A stretch of 62,260 nucleotides of DNA, counting the filler, from Hausera hauseri (Eukaryota), in NCBI GenBank assembly GCA_046269625.1. It is 9 parts of 9 records of this genome, joined end to end, with 100 filler letters (N's around TTAATTAATTAA, not from the genome) between each part and the next. Parts side by side here need not be neighbours in the genome. Positions count along the whole stretch, not along the records: positions 36,773 to 52,600 come from JBJURY010377701.1; positions 52,701 to 58,025 come from JBJURY010279174.1; positions 58,126 to 62,260 come from JBJURY010739877.1; 6 more parts are not named here. The stretch is one strand, 5' to 3'. Below, piece after piece: positions 51,775-62,260 of the stretch. Position numbers and translations under genes: made by a program. Every line of letters begins with the position of its first letter. The stretch's first letter is position 1. The notes under the pieces were generated by a model that saw only the letters and a program-made list of their open reading frames with translations, did no database searches and had not been told where the DNA came from.

Positions 51775-52535
51775 TGTTATAACGACAGCGACAAATTAAT
51801 AAAAATCTACGGCTGGCACTCGTAAATAGATTACTGAAATTCGATGGCACTTGTAAATAGATTATTTGAAATTCAATATAGTACCTGCTGCTGTAGATAA
51901 TTTTTTAAACCAATAGAAATTGTGAATAACTCGAATGTAAACAATTATGGTGTAGGTTGATTAATATAAAATCATAAAGAAGAAATTACAATAGCACTTA
52001 AAGCAGAAAATTGAGAAATTAAAACCATTGATTGGCAAGGCATGGTCATATAAATATGGAAGAGAAAATCATATCAAGCAGAAGTTGAAGTTAAGCAAGA
52101 AGAAAAGAGAAATCGACGAGAACTAATATTATTGGACTCATCTTGACGCTGATTTATCGTTTACGTGATTGCTGACGTTTCGATTTACGTGATCATTGAC
52201 GTTGTATTCGGAAGAAGTAGTGGTAATTGTTATATCATTAAATATTGTATTGTTAAATTCCTTGATATAGTTTTCCATTGCCCCATAAGTGTAAATAGAC
52301 AACATTAAGATATCAAAATCGCACTGTAAAATCATATAGATAAGACAAGAACACCTTAAAATATCTGCACAGGACCGCAAGAGAGTACAAGAACTACTGA
52401 TTAAATTATTTATTATAAGGCACAATCTGTCTACTCGATTAGGGTAGGCATTACCTGTAGTACAGAAGAAATAATTTCAAGTGTAAATACTGTTATATAG
52501 TGGGAGACGAATAAGGGCCACCCCAATATATAACA
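51775..52535 (+). repeat. 3' LTR, 761 bp, TGTTATA...TATAACA
   Basis: 7-bp terminal inverted repeat; TATAAATA at 52049; ~31-bp tandem repeat at 51815-51877. Confidence 0.92.
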
Positions 52536-52537
52536 TT

Positions 52538-52600
52538 TGGCGACCCTAGCAGGACAGATTAGTGCCTCGCTAGACTTACTTCAGCTGAGAATTAAATAAC
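52538..52600 (+). mobile_element. Second PBS and leader: start of a tandem downstream element
   Basis: Identical TGGCGACCCTAGCAGGAC and near-identical leader to 37163-37228. Confidence 0.88.
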
Positions 52601-53093
52601 NNNNNNNNNNNNNNNNNNNNNNNNNNNNNNNNNNNNNNNNNNNNTTAATTAATTAANNNNNNNNNNNNNNNNNNNNNNNNNNNNNNNNNNNNNNNNNNNN
52701 AGTGGAAAAACTGTTGTCTTGGGGATTCAGTCAATCAACTATGAGACGACTATTAATCAAATTAAATACCACATAAGTGTTTTACTGAATTAAAGTAATA
52801 TACTCTGGTCAGTGGACTATAAATATCATTCTCATATTTGTTCAGATATTACTATGATGGAAAATGACGATAAAATGATTATGCTCAACAATGACGAAGA
52901 TACCAATTGGTCATGACTGTTTGGTAAAAAGAATGACAATATCAACTGTCTGGAACCGAAAATAGAACCTGGCCAACAATTAAAAAGTCCCAAATTAAAA
53001 CGACAAGCGCGAATGACTAATGGAATACAGAAACGAAAATTAAAGCCCACGCATCATCACTGATATTTTTACCGACGCGACATTTTTGAAAGT

Positions 53094-53594
53094 ATGAAAT
53101 GCATTATCTGCAGACGCCCGTACAGATTTCATAATGATGTAAACATTATTTTGACAAATGAAAGGACTGCTATACCGAGACGTGTTGCGGCAAGCAGTGC
53201 GAACTATGATGTATTTTCCAATGTCAATACAAAAATTTCGGACAGGATAATAAAATACATAACGACTGGGATTTGATTGGTGATTTCACCCGGTTACAAC
53301 GGCCAACTTTTATCAAAAAGCGGAGTGACAAAGCTGGGACTGTCGGTTGTGGGCGGTATCATTTATTCAGACTTTTGTGGTGAAATTAAGGTGTTGCTGG
53401 AAAACCAATTCGGAAAACCGTATGTTTTTTCGAAAAGCAGTGCAATCGTACAAGTCGTTTTTCTTCGATGCGGAGAGACGCAATTCAGTGTAACGTCACC
53501 GGAAAAATGGCTATTGTTTTGTGTCAATAAAGGAACACGAAATGAACGCAAAGAATTTCGCTTTGGTGATATGGACAAAATCACATATGTTTAG
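53094..53594 (+). pseudogene. dut: dUTPase (one in-frame TGA at 53274)
   Basis: SANYDV, GQLLSKSG, VVGGIIYSDFCGEIKVLL, AIVQVVF, R..FRFG correspond to degenerate motifs I-V. Confidence 0.88.
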
Positions 53595-53674
53595 TGATTT
53601 GCGATGATAATAATAATAATAGTTAGTTGTTTTGTTTGTGTTATAAACAAAAATGATTCTGTACATAATATGTA

Positions 53675-54160
53675 ATGTCGATAGCATTTATAGATATTGA
53701 AGTTTTCCAAGATGATAATACCCGGTACCTAATAAAGAAATTATGCCTTATGGACGTCGGAAACATTTTCAGACAGCTTGTGTACGTATTCAAGCCCGCC
53801 GTTATATGGAATCAGTTGACAGAAAAGGTGAAAATTACCAATGGATATCTCATACAACGTTGCTATTGACTTTATTTGCACGAAGACAATTCAATGTTTT
53901 GCGTATCATATATTATGCGAGACATTTGAAATTGTTTTGACATTAAAAATACAATATTTTACAATAACGATCAAATTGACGAATAAAGTTTGCACAAGTA
54001 CATTCACACTTTTCCGAGTTGCGAATGACGACGTATTCAACAACATCAAACAGCTCTCTGGCGATGGTACCTGACAATATTAGATGTCGGTATCGTGATC
54101 ATAGACCGCATTGTGCTTACAAGAAATGTCTTCGGCTTTGTATTGATTATATTTCATGAA
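53675..54160 (+). pseudogene. Small DEDD-exonuclease-like Polinton accessory protein
   Basis: FIDIEVF...LIKKLC...YVFKP..W..L and C-terminal HCAYKKC; frameshifted. Confidence 0.5.
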
Positions 54161-54282
54161 AATAAATAAATGCATTTCTTTGTTTCTTTTTTTCTTTCCG
54201 TAAATAAGGTCCGCTGTGTTGGTCACTTGAATAATTCAAAAACTATAAATACGGGTAAATTATAGTAATAATAATAGTCATC

Positions 54283-54756
54283 ATGAAAATAGTTAATCAA
54301 CTAAAGCAACTGCAAAATTTTGATGGATTACCAACTTCAGACTTGGTACGATCGTGGCAAGTACTTGATAGTGAACTGGTTGCGAGAGCAGCAGGTGATT
54401 TTGGATTGAAAGAAGATTTAGAGTCAATAGCATTGATGACAGCAACAGGTTGTAGTTCTATAGAAAATCTAAATATTGTGTTAAATCAAATGTAAGTTCA
54501 CCGATTGTATGATACAAATTACTTTAATACTGTTGAAAAAGTACGCTGTTGATTAAAGAATTTGAAAGAGAAAATAATGGACAAAGCACTAGATTGTCAA
54601 TTTATGTGTATACTATGTAAACAAAGAAAAGTGGATACGGTATTCTTAATATGCGGCCATTTCCTTGTTTGTCAAATGTGTTCCACCAAAATAACCCACC
54701 AATGTTCAGAATGTAAATGTGATATAATGAAAATTGTACACATTTATTACGAATGA
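54283..54756 (+). pseudogene. Protein with IAP-type C3HC4 RING finger
   Basis: CILCKQRKVDTVFLICGHFLVCQMCSTKITHQCSECK; TATAAATA upstream at ~54244. Confidence 0.8.
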
Positions 54757-55699
54757 CTTCTTCAATAACGGAACGAAACAATGTCATGGACTTCAATGAC
54801 GTGGGGATAATTTGTATCATTGTGTAATGAGAAAATTCTCCCAAAGTAAATGTCTATTGTTTACAACGAAAACAAACAGGTATGGACAAATTTGATATAA
54901 ATATAAATGCAATTTCATTTCACGCTTGTCTTCTTTAAAATGTCTTTGGAAAACAATTCAGCAGATGACAGTTCCTCGAATCTCTTAAAAGAGCCAAGGT
55001 ACAGCGAACATTTGCCCAGAAATTCTCGGTTATATACTTGATAAAACTCACATTATATGCGCAACGCTATTCAGTTGCCATTGACGCAAACGGTCAAAGT
55101 TAAACTGGTGAAATATAGCCTATTGGGGAAAAAGACGGCGATAATGATTTTGATACAATGAAAGACACAATGAGAAAAGTTGACAATGATTTGATGTTGA
55201 GTAAGAATATCCGAGATACATTGTCGATTTTTCTTAAAGGAAATATGGCGAAAATTGTCAGTTCACATGGTGGAGAAGCAACAGCAGCAGCAAAAGAAGT
55301 TTTGCCACCGGAATGAAGTAAAGGCCATCTAACATTGAAGTTGAAAGGATACAAGTATCTGCACGGCGTTATATTACCAATATGGAAAATGGGGACGTTT
55401 ACTATGATTTAACTGACTTACTTTATGTTTTTTTTATTTTAATATTTCTCCGATCAATAAAGAAATGTATTCGTGTTACATATTTTGTTTTCTTCTGAAA
55501 GGTTATTGTTTTACTTCTACTTCTATCTTACATAATAATAATAGGTTAAGTAAGTTACCGAAAACAAAATACAAAAGACACTGAACAAAGTACATTATTA
55601 ACATTGAAATAAAACAATGTACAAAAGATAATCATTGTCAATAATTGTCACAATATCCAGACCAGATTGAATTGCCTGTATATGATCTGACACCACCGA

Positions 55700-58025
55700 A
55701 CGTTTTATTCCAATCTTCAGTATCCATACGCCCAACTATTATTTTGCCCACCTATTTTCGCTTATCATCGTTGCATGACAAAGCGAAGTTCGCACTATTT
55801 ATTGTATACACCTGGTGCTCAATCGATCGGTTTATCGTTTGACACAAAACAGCCACTGATTGTCCTCCTTCTTCTGCTGCTTCTTCATATATACGGCGAT
55901 AATCACCATAGCCAATTTCCGTCTGCTTCAGCTGGACTCCTTTTGCCCGCTTTTTCGGTCCACAGTCCGTCAAAAGACTGTAACACTTTGGGCGTAGGAA
56001 TACCATTCCAGTTACTTAACCCTGCCTTCACTTTCATCCTTGAAGCAGCCGATTTTGTTGGTGATAGCGCTGCAATACAACGAATGATCCGGTGGGTAGT
56101 TGAACGTGTCCATTAATCCACCTGACTGCATTTGCTGCAGTAGCTGTTAGCGATTGATTTCTTCAGCAGCAGTATAAAACTGCTAATGTCACAGCCGTCA
56201 AACATTTGCCAGAACGTGCAAAGTCGCAATACAGTAGCTGCGTGCAATATGTGAGGGGAACTGCATTAAGGTTATCGGCACATCCTGCAAGGCATTTACC
56301 AGCTGCATCAATGATTTATTGAGAAATTGCAATGAATCAAGGAAGCGTACCTGGAACCGGTTTATGCGTGCTGATAGAGACAGGTACTTCCCTATTATTG
56401 TTGGGATTATGGACAGTTCCTACTGCGGAAATTTGTTGATGGCCCATTTCGGTATATGATGCCAATTATAACCTCGGAAATTATGAAAGATCATCGATAG
56501 GAATGGCCGCACACACCTTGTTAAATTGCATGTTTTGCATGCTGCTCCCAGGTATCGACCAATAAAATGATTATGGTCCTCTACGAGCCTCTGCTCTGCA
56601 TCAAAAGGCAATATTTTGTGGCAGAGGTAACATTCATCGGTGGCAGCGAAAAGCCGCGGTTCATATTTGTCCATCCATATCAAGAGCTTAGTGCTATTAT
56701 TACTGTACCACGGTATGATTTCCGTTTCCACTATCGTTTTCAACTGTTGCAGGAAATCTCGTATACAGTTTCAGCCATGAAAAACGTAATATTGCGGTTG
56801 TCCGGCAGCTTTTATTGGAACAACCAACATACCGACGGCGATTGGAATGTGATTTTGGTCGTATACGTTGTGCCATGGTAGGATTGCCTCGATATCGGCA
56901 TATACCACATATGCCGGACTGTCTGTTTTCGACTAGTCACTGAATCTCAGGTCCTTTTTGACTGGCATGACATACATTATTGTCCCTGATGAATTTTGTC
57001 TGCACAGCGCCACATGTTTTCCCCATGTCGTTTATAATATGAATCCATGCAGACGTATATGGCATCATTTAAAATTTATACGTTTTTTGATGAATTGTTG
57101 GTGATCCATGTTCATCAATCTATCCAAATTGGTTACCACCAAGCCATGAAATTTATCTGCTTGCTGCAATAGCAACAAATTTACCGAGTGTCCATTCGGG
57201 TTCCGACTGCGGTAAATTATATTCACGTGTGGGTTTTTGTTTATCTCTTCCTCTGCTAATATATCTACTATTGTGTTGTACCGGAAAACGTTGATTGCCA
57301 GAATAGCAATACGCCGTTCAGTTTTATCGGCATCCAGCTTTCATCGAATTTCAAATAAAAAAAATACTGCCGATACTGCTTTGGAAGATTCGCATAATTT
57401 TTAACCTCTTCGTCGCATTTTAATATAGCCAGAATACTGTAAATAAAACAGTATTTGTCGTCGGTATTTTCTACATTCACTATCCACAGAGACTGCTTTA
57501 GAGCTGCAGGTGTCGGTATGAATGATCGTCCAAACAAATATATAATATCACTCGACTTGGTTATGATAAAGCAATTTTTATAATTCGCCAGCCATTACCC
57601 TTTTCGGTGTAGTTGGAGATTTTTTCATCCAGCTTTTCGTCTACGTCGGCGATAAAATCTTCCAAATATTGTACAGCTCTATGTGATAGGTACCACTGTT
57701 TCCTGTCACATTCAACATTTTCAAATTCTGCAAGTATGTAATATTGCACTTTGCATTGTTGCTATTGGAATTTCTCTACTTCCAATTCCAACCGGTTGCG
57801 CACACTGGACGAAACATTCCTCAGCTATAGTGTTGTTGTCTCCGACATGTTTACTTTCATGTGCACGTACGATTTGTTTATATCGTACTTGACAGTAATG
57901 GAGGGTTCCTGCTATTGCCGCTGCTGCTCAGTACTGTTTCGGATGTATTTTTTAAGACTTTTTAAGACCTGATATTTCCTACTTGTTGAAAGGATACAGG
58001 TTCTTCTTGTCGCTATTACTCTTTC
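55700..58025 (-). pseudogene. Polinton/Maverick pPolB, decayed, polymerase core largely deleted
   Basis: GNGW (GSGW), VNVENTDDKYCFIYSILA, YADIE, DHNHFIGRYLGAACKTCNL (endonuclease VII-like), FHNFRGY, IGCFKDE, FLRPKCYSL, AKGV, DDKR. Confidence 0.92.
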
Positions 58026-58125
58026 NNNNNNNNNNNNNNNNNNNNNNNNNNNNNNNNNNNNNNNNNNNNTTAATTAATTAANNNNNNNNNNNNNNNNNNN
58101 NNNNNNNNNNNNNNNNNNNNNNNNN

Positions 58126-61100
58126 CGGGGATAAGTAAGCAAAACTTAATTGAGAACAAACATTAATTCGTCAGGAATAAATCGTATATTAAAAGACAAT
58201 TCACCTATCCGTGAAACGCGTTGAAATATATACAGAGAAACAGAAAAGGTAGATAAACGTTCAAATTCTGAGAATAGAAATAAAATAGACGTTGTCGCGC
58301 AAAATAAACAGTTTAAAATTCCACTTGAGAAACCTAAAGTAAATAAAGGAAATTTAGAGCTAAATAACGTAAATAATATGTCAACGGATAACCCACCAGT
58401 ACCGCAGAAGCTGGACATTTTCACGTTTGATTCTCTTAATCTGCCGGCATATGATGGAGACCCAGATGGGCTCAACGAATTTTTGAGATCTTATAAATTT
58501 CACGCAGAATGTGCTAGTCTGACTCCCGAAGTGATGATTAAGCGATTGTCGTTGTATTTGAAGAATTTAGCTGCTGATGCCTATAGTGAACTCACAACGA
58601 CGAGAAAAAATCTTGGTCCTCCCTGGTAGGAGCATTAAATCGCAAATTACTGCCAACGGTAACACCGCAGCAGAAACTTATGGCCTTTCAGAATAGAGTA
58701 CAGCAAAAGGGTGAATCGGTAACCCAATTTGCATTTGCATTGAAGAAACTTGCTAATAGTTACCTAAGCACATTGAGAATAGCCATCGTGGCTAAAGCCA
58801 AAACGGATGCAGAATGCGACGCCGCAGAGAAGGCCTCACCGCCGGATTTAGAAGTCATGATGACAACGCAACTAATAAATGGTATTTGGTCGCGAGACTT
58901 GGTCAAACAATTGATTTTAGCTAGACCCGAGAATTTTGAAGGAACGTTACAATTAGCCCAATATTTAGAAATGGCGCTAGATAAATATGTTAGACATAAC
59001 GATAGAAACGACAGGAATAATCATCGGAATGACCGCAATGATAGAAATCGCAATGACAATAGTGAAAGAGACGACAGACGATTTTCGGGTAACAGAAATT
59101 ATGGGAATAAGAATAATAATGGCGGTTACAGAAATAGCAGAGGTAGTAATTATACTAATACGAATAGATCAAACTCTAACTGAGATAGGAATAGAGGAAA
59201 TTATAAAGGTTCAAACTACTCGAATCAAAATGCTGATTACCGGAATAATGATAATAGACGAAATGCCGATAATATGCAAAGTTTGTCAAATCAGTATAGT
59301 AAAGGTAGGAATAGATCGAAGTCACCAGTGAATGAAGACGGTCGACAGAGAGTCGGCAGGAATGGGAATTTGGTTTGTTTTACTTGTGGCAAAGAAAGAC
59401 ACATTTCAAGGTCATGTCCAAATTTACGTAGTGTTTCATTTACCGAACCAAATAAGGCTAGTATAATTAGAATCAATGAAAATTTGGAAGCAAAATAGGG
59501 CGTTCGTGGAAATACAGGCACTATTATTGATATACAGGATTTGAGAAAATTCTTAGATGCTCAGCCAGACACTACGAACTTACAAATATTGATGGCTAGA
59601 AGAGAATATGGAGATAAGTTGAGATTACTAGAAGTATATCACGGCTTAGCAGAACCCGAAACCGTATACGAATATAAAATAGCATCTAAGCGAAGTGATA
59701 TGACACGGAAAAAGAGTATTCCGACAAGTAATAAGCCGTCTGATAAACCAGGCACATCGACGGCAGTCGATTTAAATGCAGAACCTGAGCTCACAGTGGA
59801 AAAGGTAGCTAAGCTCACGGAGGCCGATACAGCGGAAAAAGAATTTATGGAGCCATTAATACTTAAAATCACGAAAAATAGAGGCCGTAGCCCTTCACTA
59901 AAAACCAAACGTAGAAGTCGTTCACGTTCCAAAATAACCAGAGAGAAAATTGAAGAAATGGAAAACCCAAATGTCGTTGAAGAAGGCGACACGGAGCATA
60001 GTTTGGATACACCATAAATTTGTTCATACACACCGGTCGGAGTAGCGGAGTCGATAGAGTCAATTAATGAAATTAGCGAAATCTGCCCACTTCCCATTAG
60101 TGAGGAAGAAACGTCCAACAATGACGATTTCAATTCAAAAAAGTGGAAAATCCGACGCTGATTGAAAAACGCCGACGAATTAAAGAAAATGAGAATTTAT
60201 TGTCTAGAGCCTGAAATATTACAGCGAAATTTAGCGAAGCTCAAGCAGATTAGTGAACAAGTCGACATATCCAGGAAAGAGCAGCAATACGCCGAGAAGC
60301 TATATAAAATCCTGAAATTACGTAGCGAAGTGAAGTTCGTTGAAGCAATCGATGTGTGACAGCCTGAAGAGGTGTCCCCGGAAATATTATTAAAATGAAA
60401 ACACGAATTGGAATCGTGGATTAAAAGTAGAGTCGAGTTTATAGAAGGATGGAATAAGAACAAAGATAGAGTTGACGTAAAAGTAACTGAGGCTCAAAAG
60501 CTATTATCTACTCTAGAAGAGAACCCAAAACTGAAGAGAGTAGTTCGTAACTTTAAACGTATCATGAACGAAATTCGGTATGCAATGATTAAAAGGCTTA
60601 TGGAAAAACCGGTTAACTAGCAGTAATATCGATCTGGAAGTATTGGGTATAGACCCGTTGGATATTCCTTTCCTAACGGAAATGATAAAAGTCGCATTTG
60701 CCAAGCACAAACAATATACAAACTTGGAAAATCGGCTGAAAATAGAAAATGAAAAGCGAGCACAGATCTATAGCTTAAGGAACCGAATCATGTCCCCAAA
60801 CCACGAAGAGACTCAATATGTAATAAAGGCTTGTATCGTAGAGTTGGACGAATACAAGGACGAGTTTAGCTATATCGGACGAGTTATGAATTTCCTAAAA
60901 GGACCGGATGATGAGTTAGAAGATGACTATAAGATGCTAGATAAAACCATAATGGAGAAACCGGTAATCGCAAATCAATTGTCGGAACGGTCCAAACTAG
61001 TAATGCGACTAACTAGATTGGTAAAAGACCGTAAAACAGAATTTCCACAAAGCGATCCAACGGTGAAGAAACAATTAGAGAAAAGTGCGCACAATTTAGC

Positions 61101-62260
61101 CAAGTTGCAAATAGAAATAGACATCCGTACTCGGTTTGAAGCGCTAAGACAACTAAAATTTACGGAACAGGAACTAGAAGCATCGACGATGGAAGAAATC
61201 TACAAATTAATTAAAGAGACAAACTTTACGGAGAAACGGAGTATGATTTAGGATGTGAATTCAAAGTTAAGGATTGTCCGACTAGAAGGGATTCAATACT
61301 TAACTGGTAAACCAATCGACGAAATTTCTGCACAAGACATTGAAATTCTCTACATTTGTCCAGGATACCGAGATATGTTAACCGATGCAATAAGGTTTTT
61401 ACATAAACCTCAAGAATGGATGGCCCTGTGAGACCAGAATTTTCATACAAAATTGATAGAAATAGGAAACGACCCGCATTTTAGTTTTTAGGAACACAAA
61501 TTTGTAAAGAAATTGTCGGATGCGATGGACCCTGATTCAAAGGTTATAAATGAGATGTACGAGTTAGCTTATTTATTGGTAGAAATGGCAGAAATCAGTG
61601 ACGAGCAGATGAGGCAATTGATGCCCAAGATACAGAAGGTAGAAGAAACATGTATCAAAACGAAACAAAGAGCGACAAGGTTAGATGAGTTAATAAAAGA
61701 GCTCGCAGTCTATCGTAACAAGTATGCTTTTACCGAATCAGAGATTAAAAATAAACGAGAATTTGTACAAAGGTGGCAAAAAGATGTGATTCTTGAATTG
61801 ACAGATTATCACCAAAAAGGGCTGATTGAATCTAACGAATTCGGTGAATTATTGAAGATGATTCAGTATGCTTGCGGAAATGGAGTAGGCTTCCGAACTA
61901 CGAAAATGAAAGAAATACAGCCTAAATTAAGGGAAATTCGAGAAAACATTCAAAGGGCCGATATAGCCTTAGTGGAATATCGACCCCCGGATGTTGGGAA
62001 CGAACCCGAATGGGATGCATACTTCGACGAAATACTTGCCGAGAAACCCATGACTCCAGTACAGCTTAACGAAATAGAAGTATGTCCCAAGGACAGGAGA
62101 TTCAATGTGGAAATGATACTGGATTCAGCGCTAACTGAAAGGGATCTGATGAAATTAATTAACGTAAATATTACTGAGAATAGACTACGACAACTTATTC
62201 CAACTTTAACTAAATTATCTAGCGAAAACACGATTTATAGTACGGTGCCGAAACTTTTGA
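58126..62260 (+). pseudogene. gag: Partial copy I of giant Gypsy element: leader, full gag and most of the extension
   Basis: FQNRVQQKGESVTQFAFALKKLA (major-homology-like), N/R-rich linker, CFTCGKERHISRSC, collinear with 37290-40950. Confidence 0.92.

Larger units (their letters stand above)
36773..52535 (+). mobile_element. Giant Ty3/Gypsy LTR retroelement (copy G), near full length, decayed
   Basis: 5' LTR end, PBS, gag, env, PR-RT-RH-IN, PPT and complete 3' LTR all on one contig. Confidence 0.93.

Noticed and set aside
1-62260. Single giant-virus or prokaryotic genome
   Set aside because: No NCLDV core genes or operons; content is animal gene fragments, transposons and microsatellite on separate contigs.

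Overview
This is not one continuous locus. It is nine short contigs (1-4193, 4294-8629, 8730-16391, 16492-22108, 22209-27125, 27226-36672, 36773-52600, 52701-58025, 58126-62260) joined by artificial 100-nt N/TTAATTAATTAA/N linkers. The DNA is AT-rich, repeat-dominated and metazoan (decayed Frizzled, FAN1 and eukaryotic alanyl-tRNA synthetase fragments); almost every coding region is a pseudogene. The main system is a giant (~15.8 kb) Ty3/Gypsy LTR retroelement, nearly complete at 36773-52535 with three partial relatives (4541-8629, 27226-33180, 58126-62260). Its order is LTR - PBS(tRNA-Arg-like) - Gag(CCHC) - a ~1,250-aa extension with a ubiquitin-like domain and AT-hook - internal signal peptide - chuvirus-like class III envelope glycoprotein - PR-RT-RH-IN - FN3-like type I membrane protein - putative spliced 3' ORF ending in a RING finger - PPT - LTR. 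Env lies upstream of pol, and non-overlapping stop codons in different copies indicate Gag, the extension and Env were one polyprotein. Also present: Polinton/Maverick remnants (pPolB, dUTPase, RING, AGTAGT-type termini), a conventional Gypsy element, a mosaic of host gene fragments, a decayed TM-ankyrin gene, LINE, mariner and tRNA relics, and an intact HNH-like ORF. All family assignments come from motif recognition by eye; no database searches were run.
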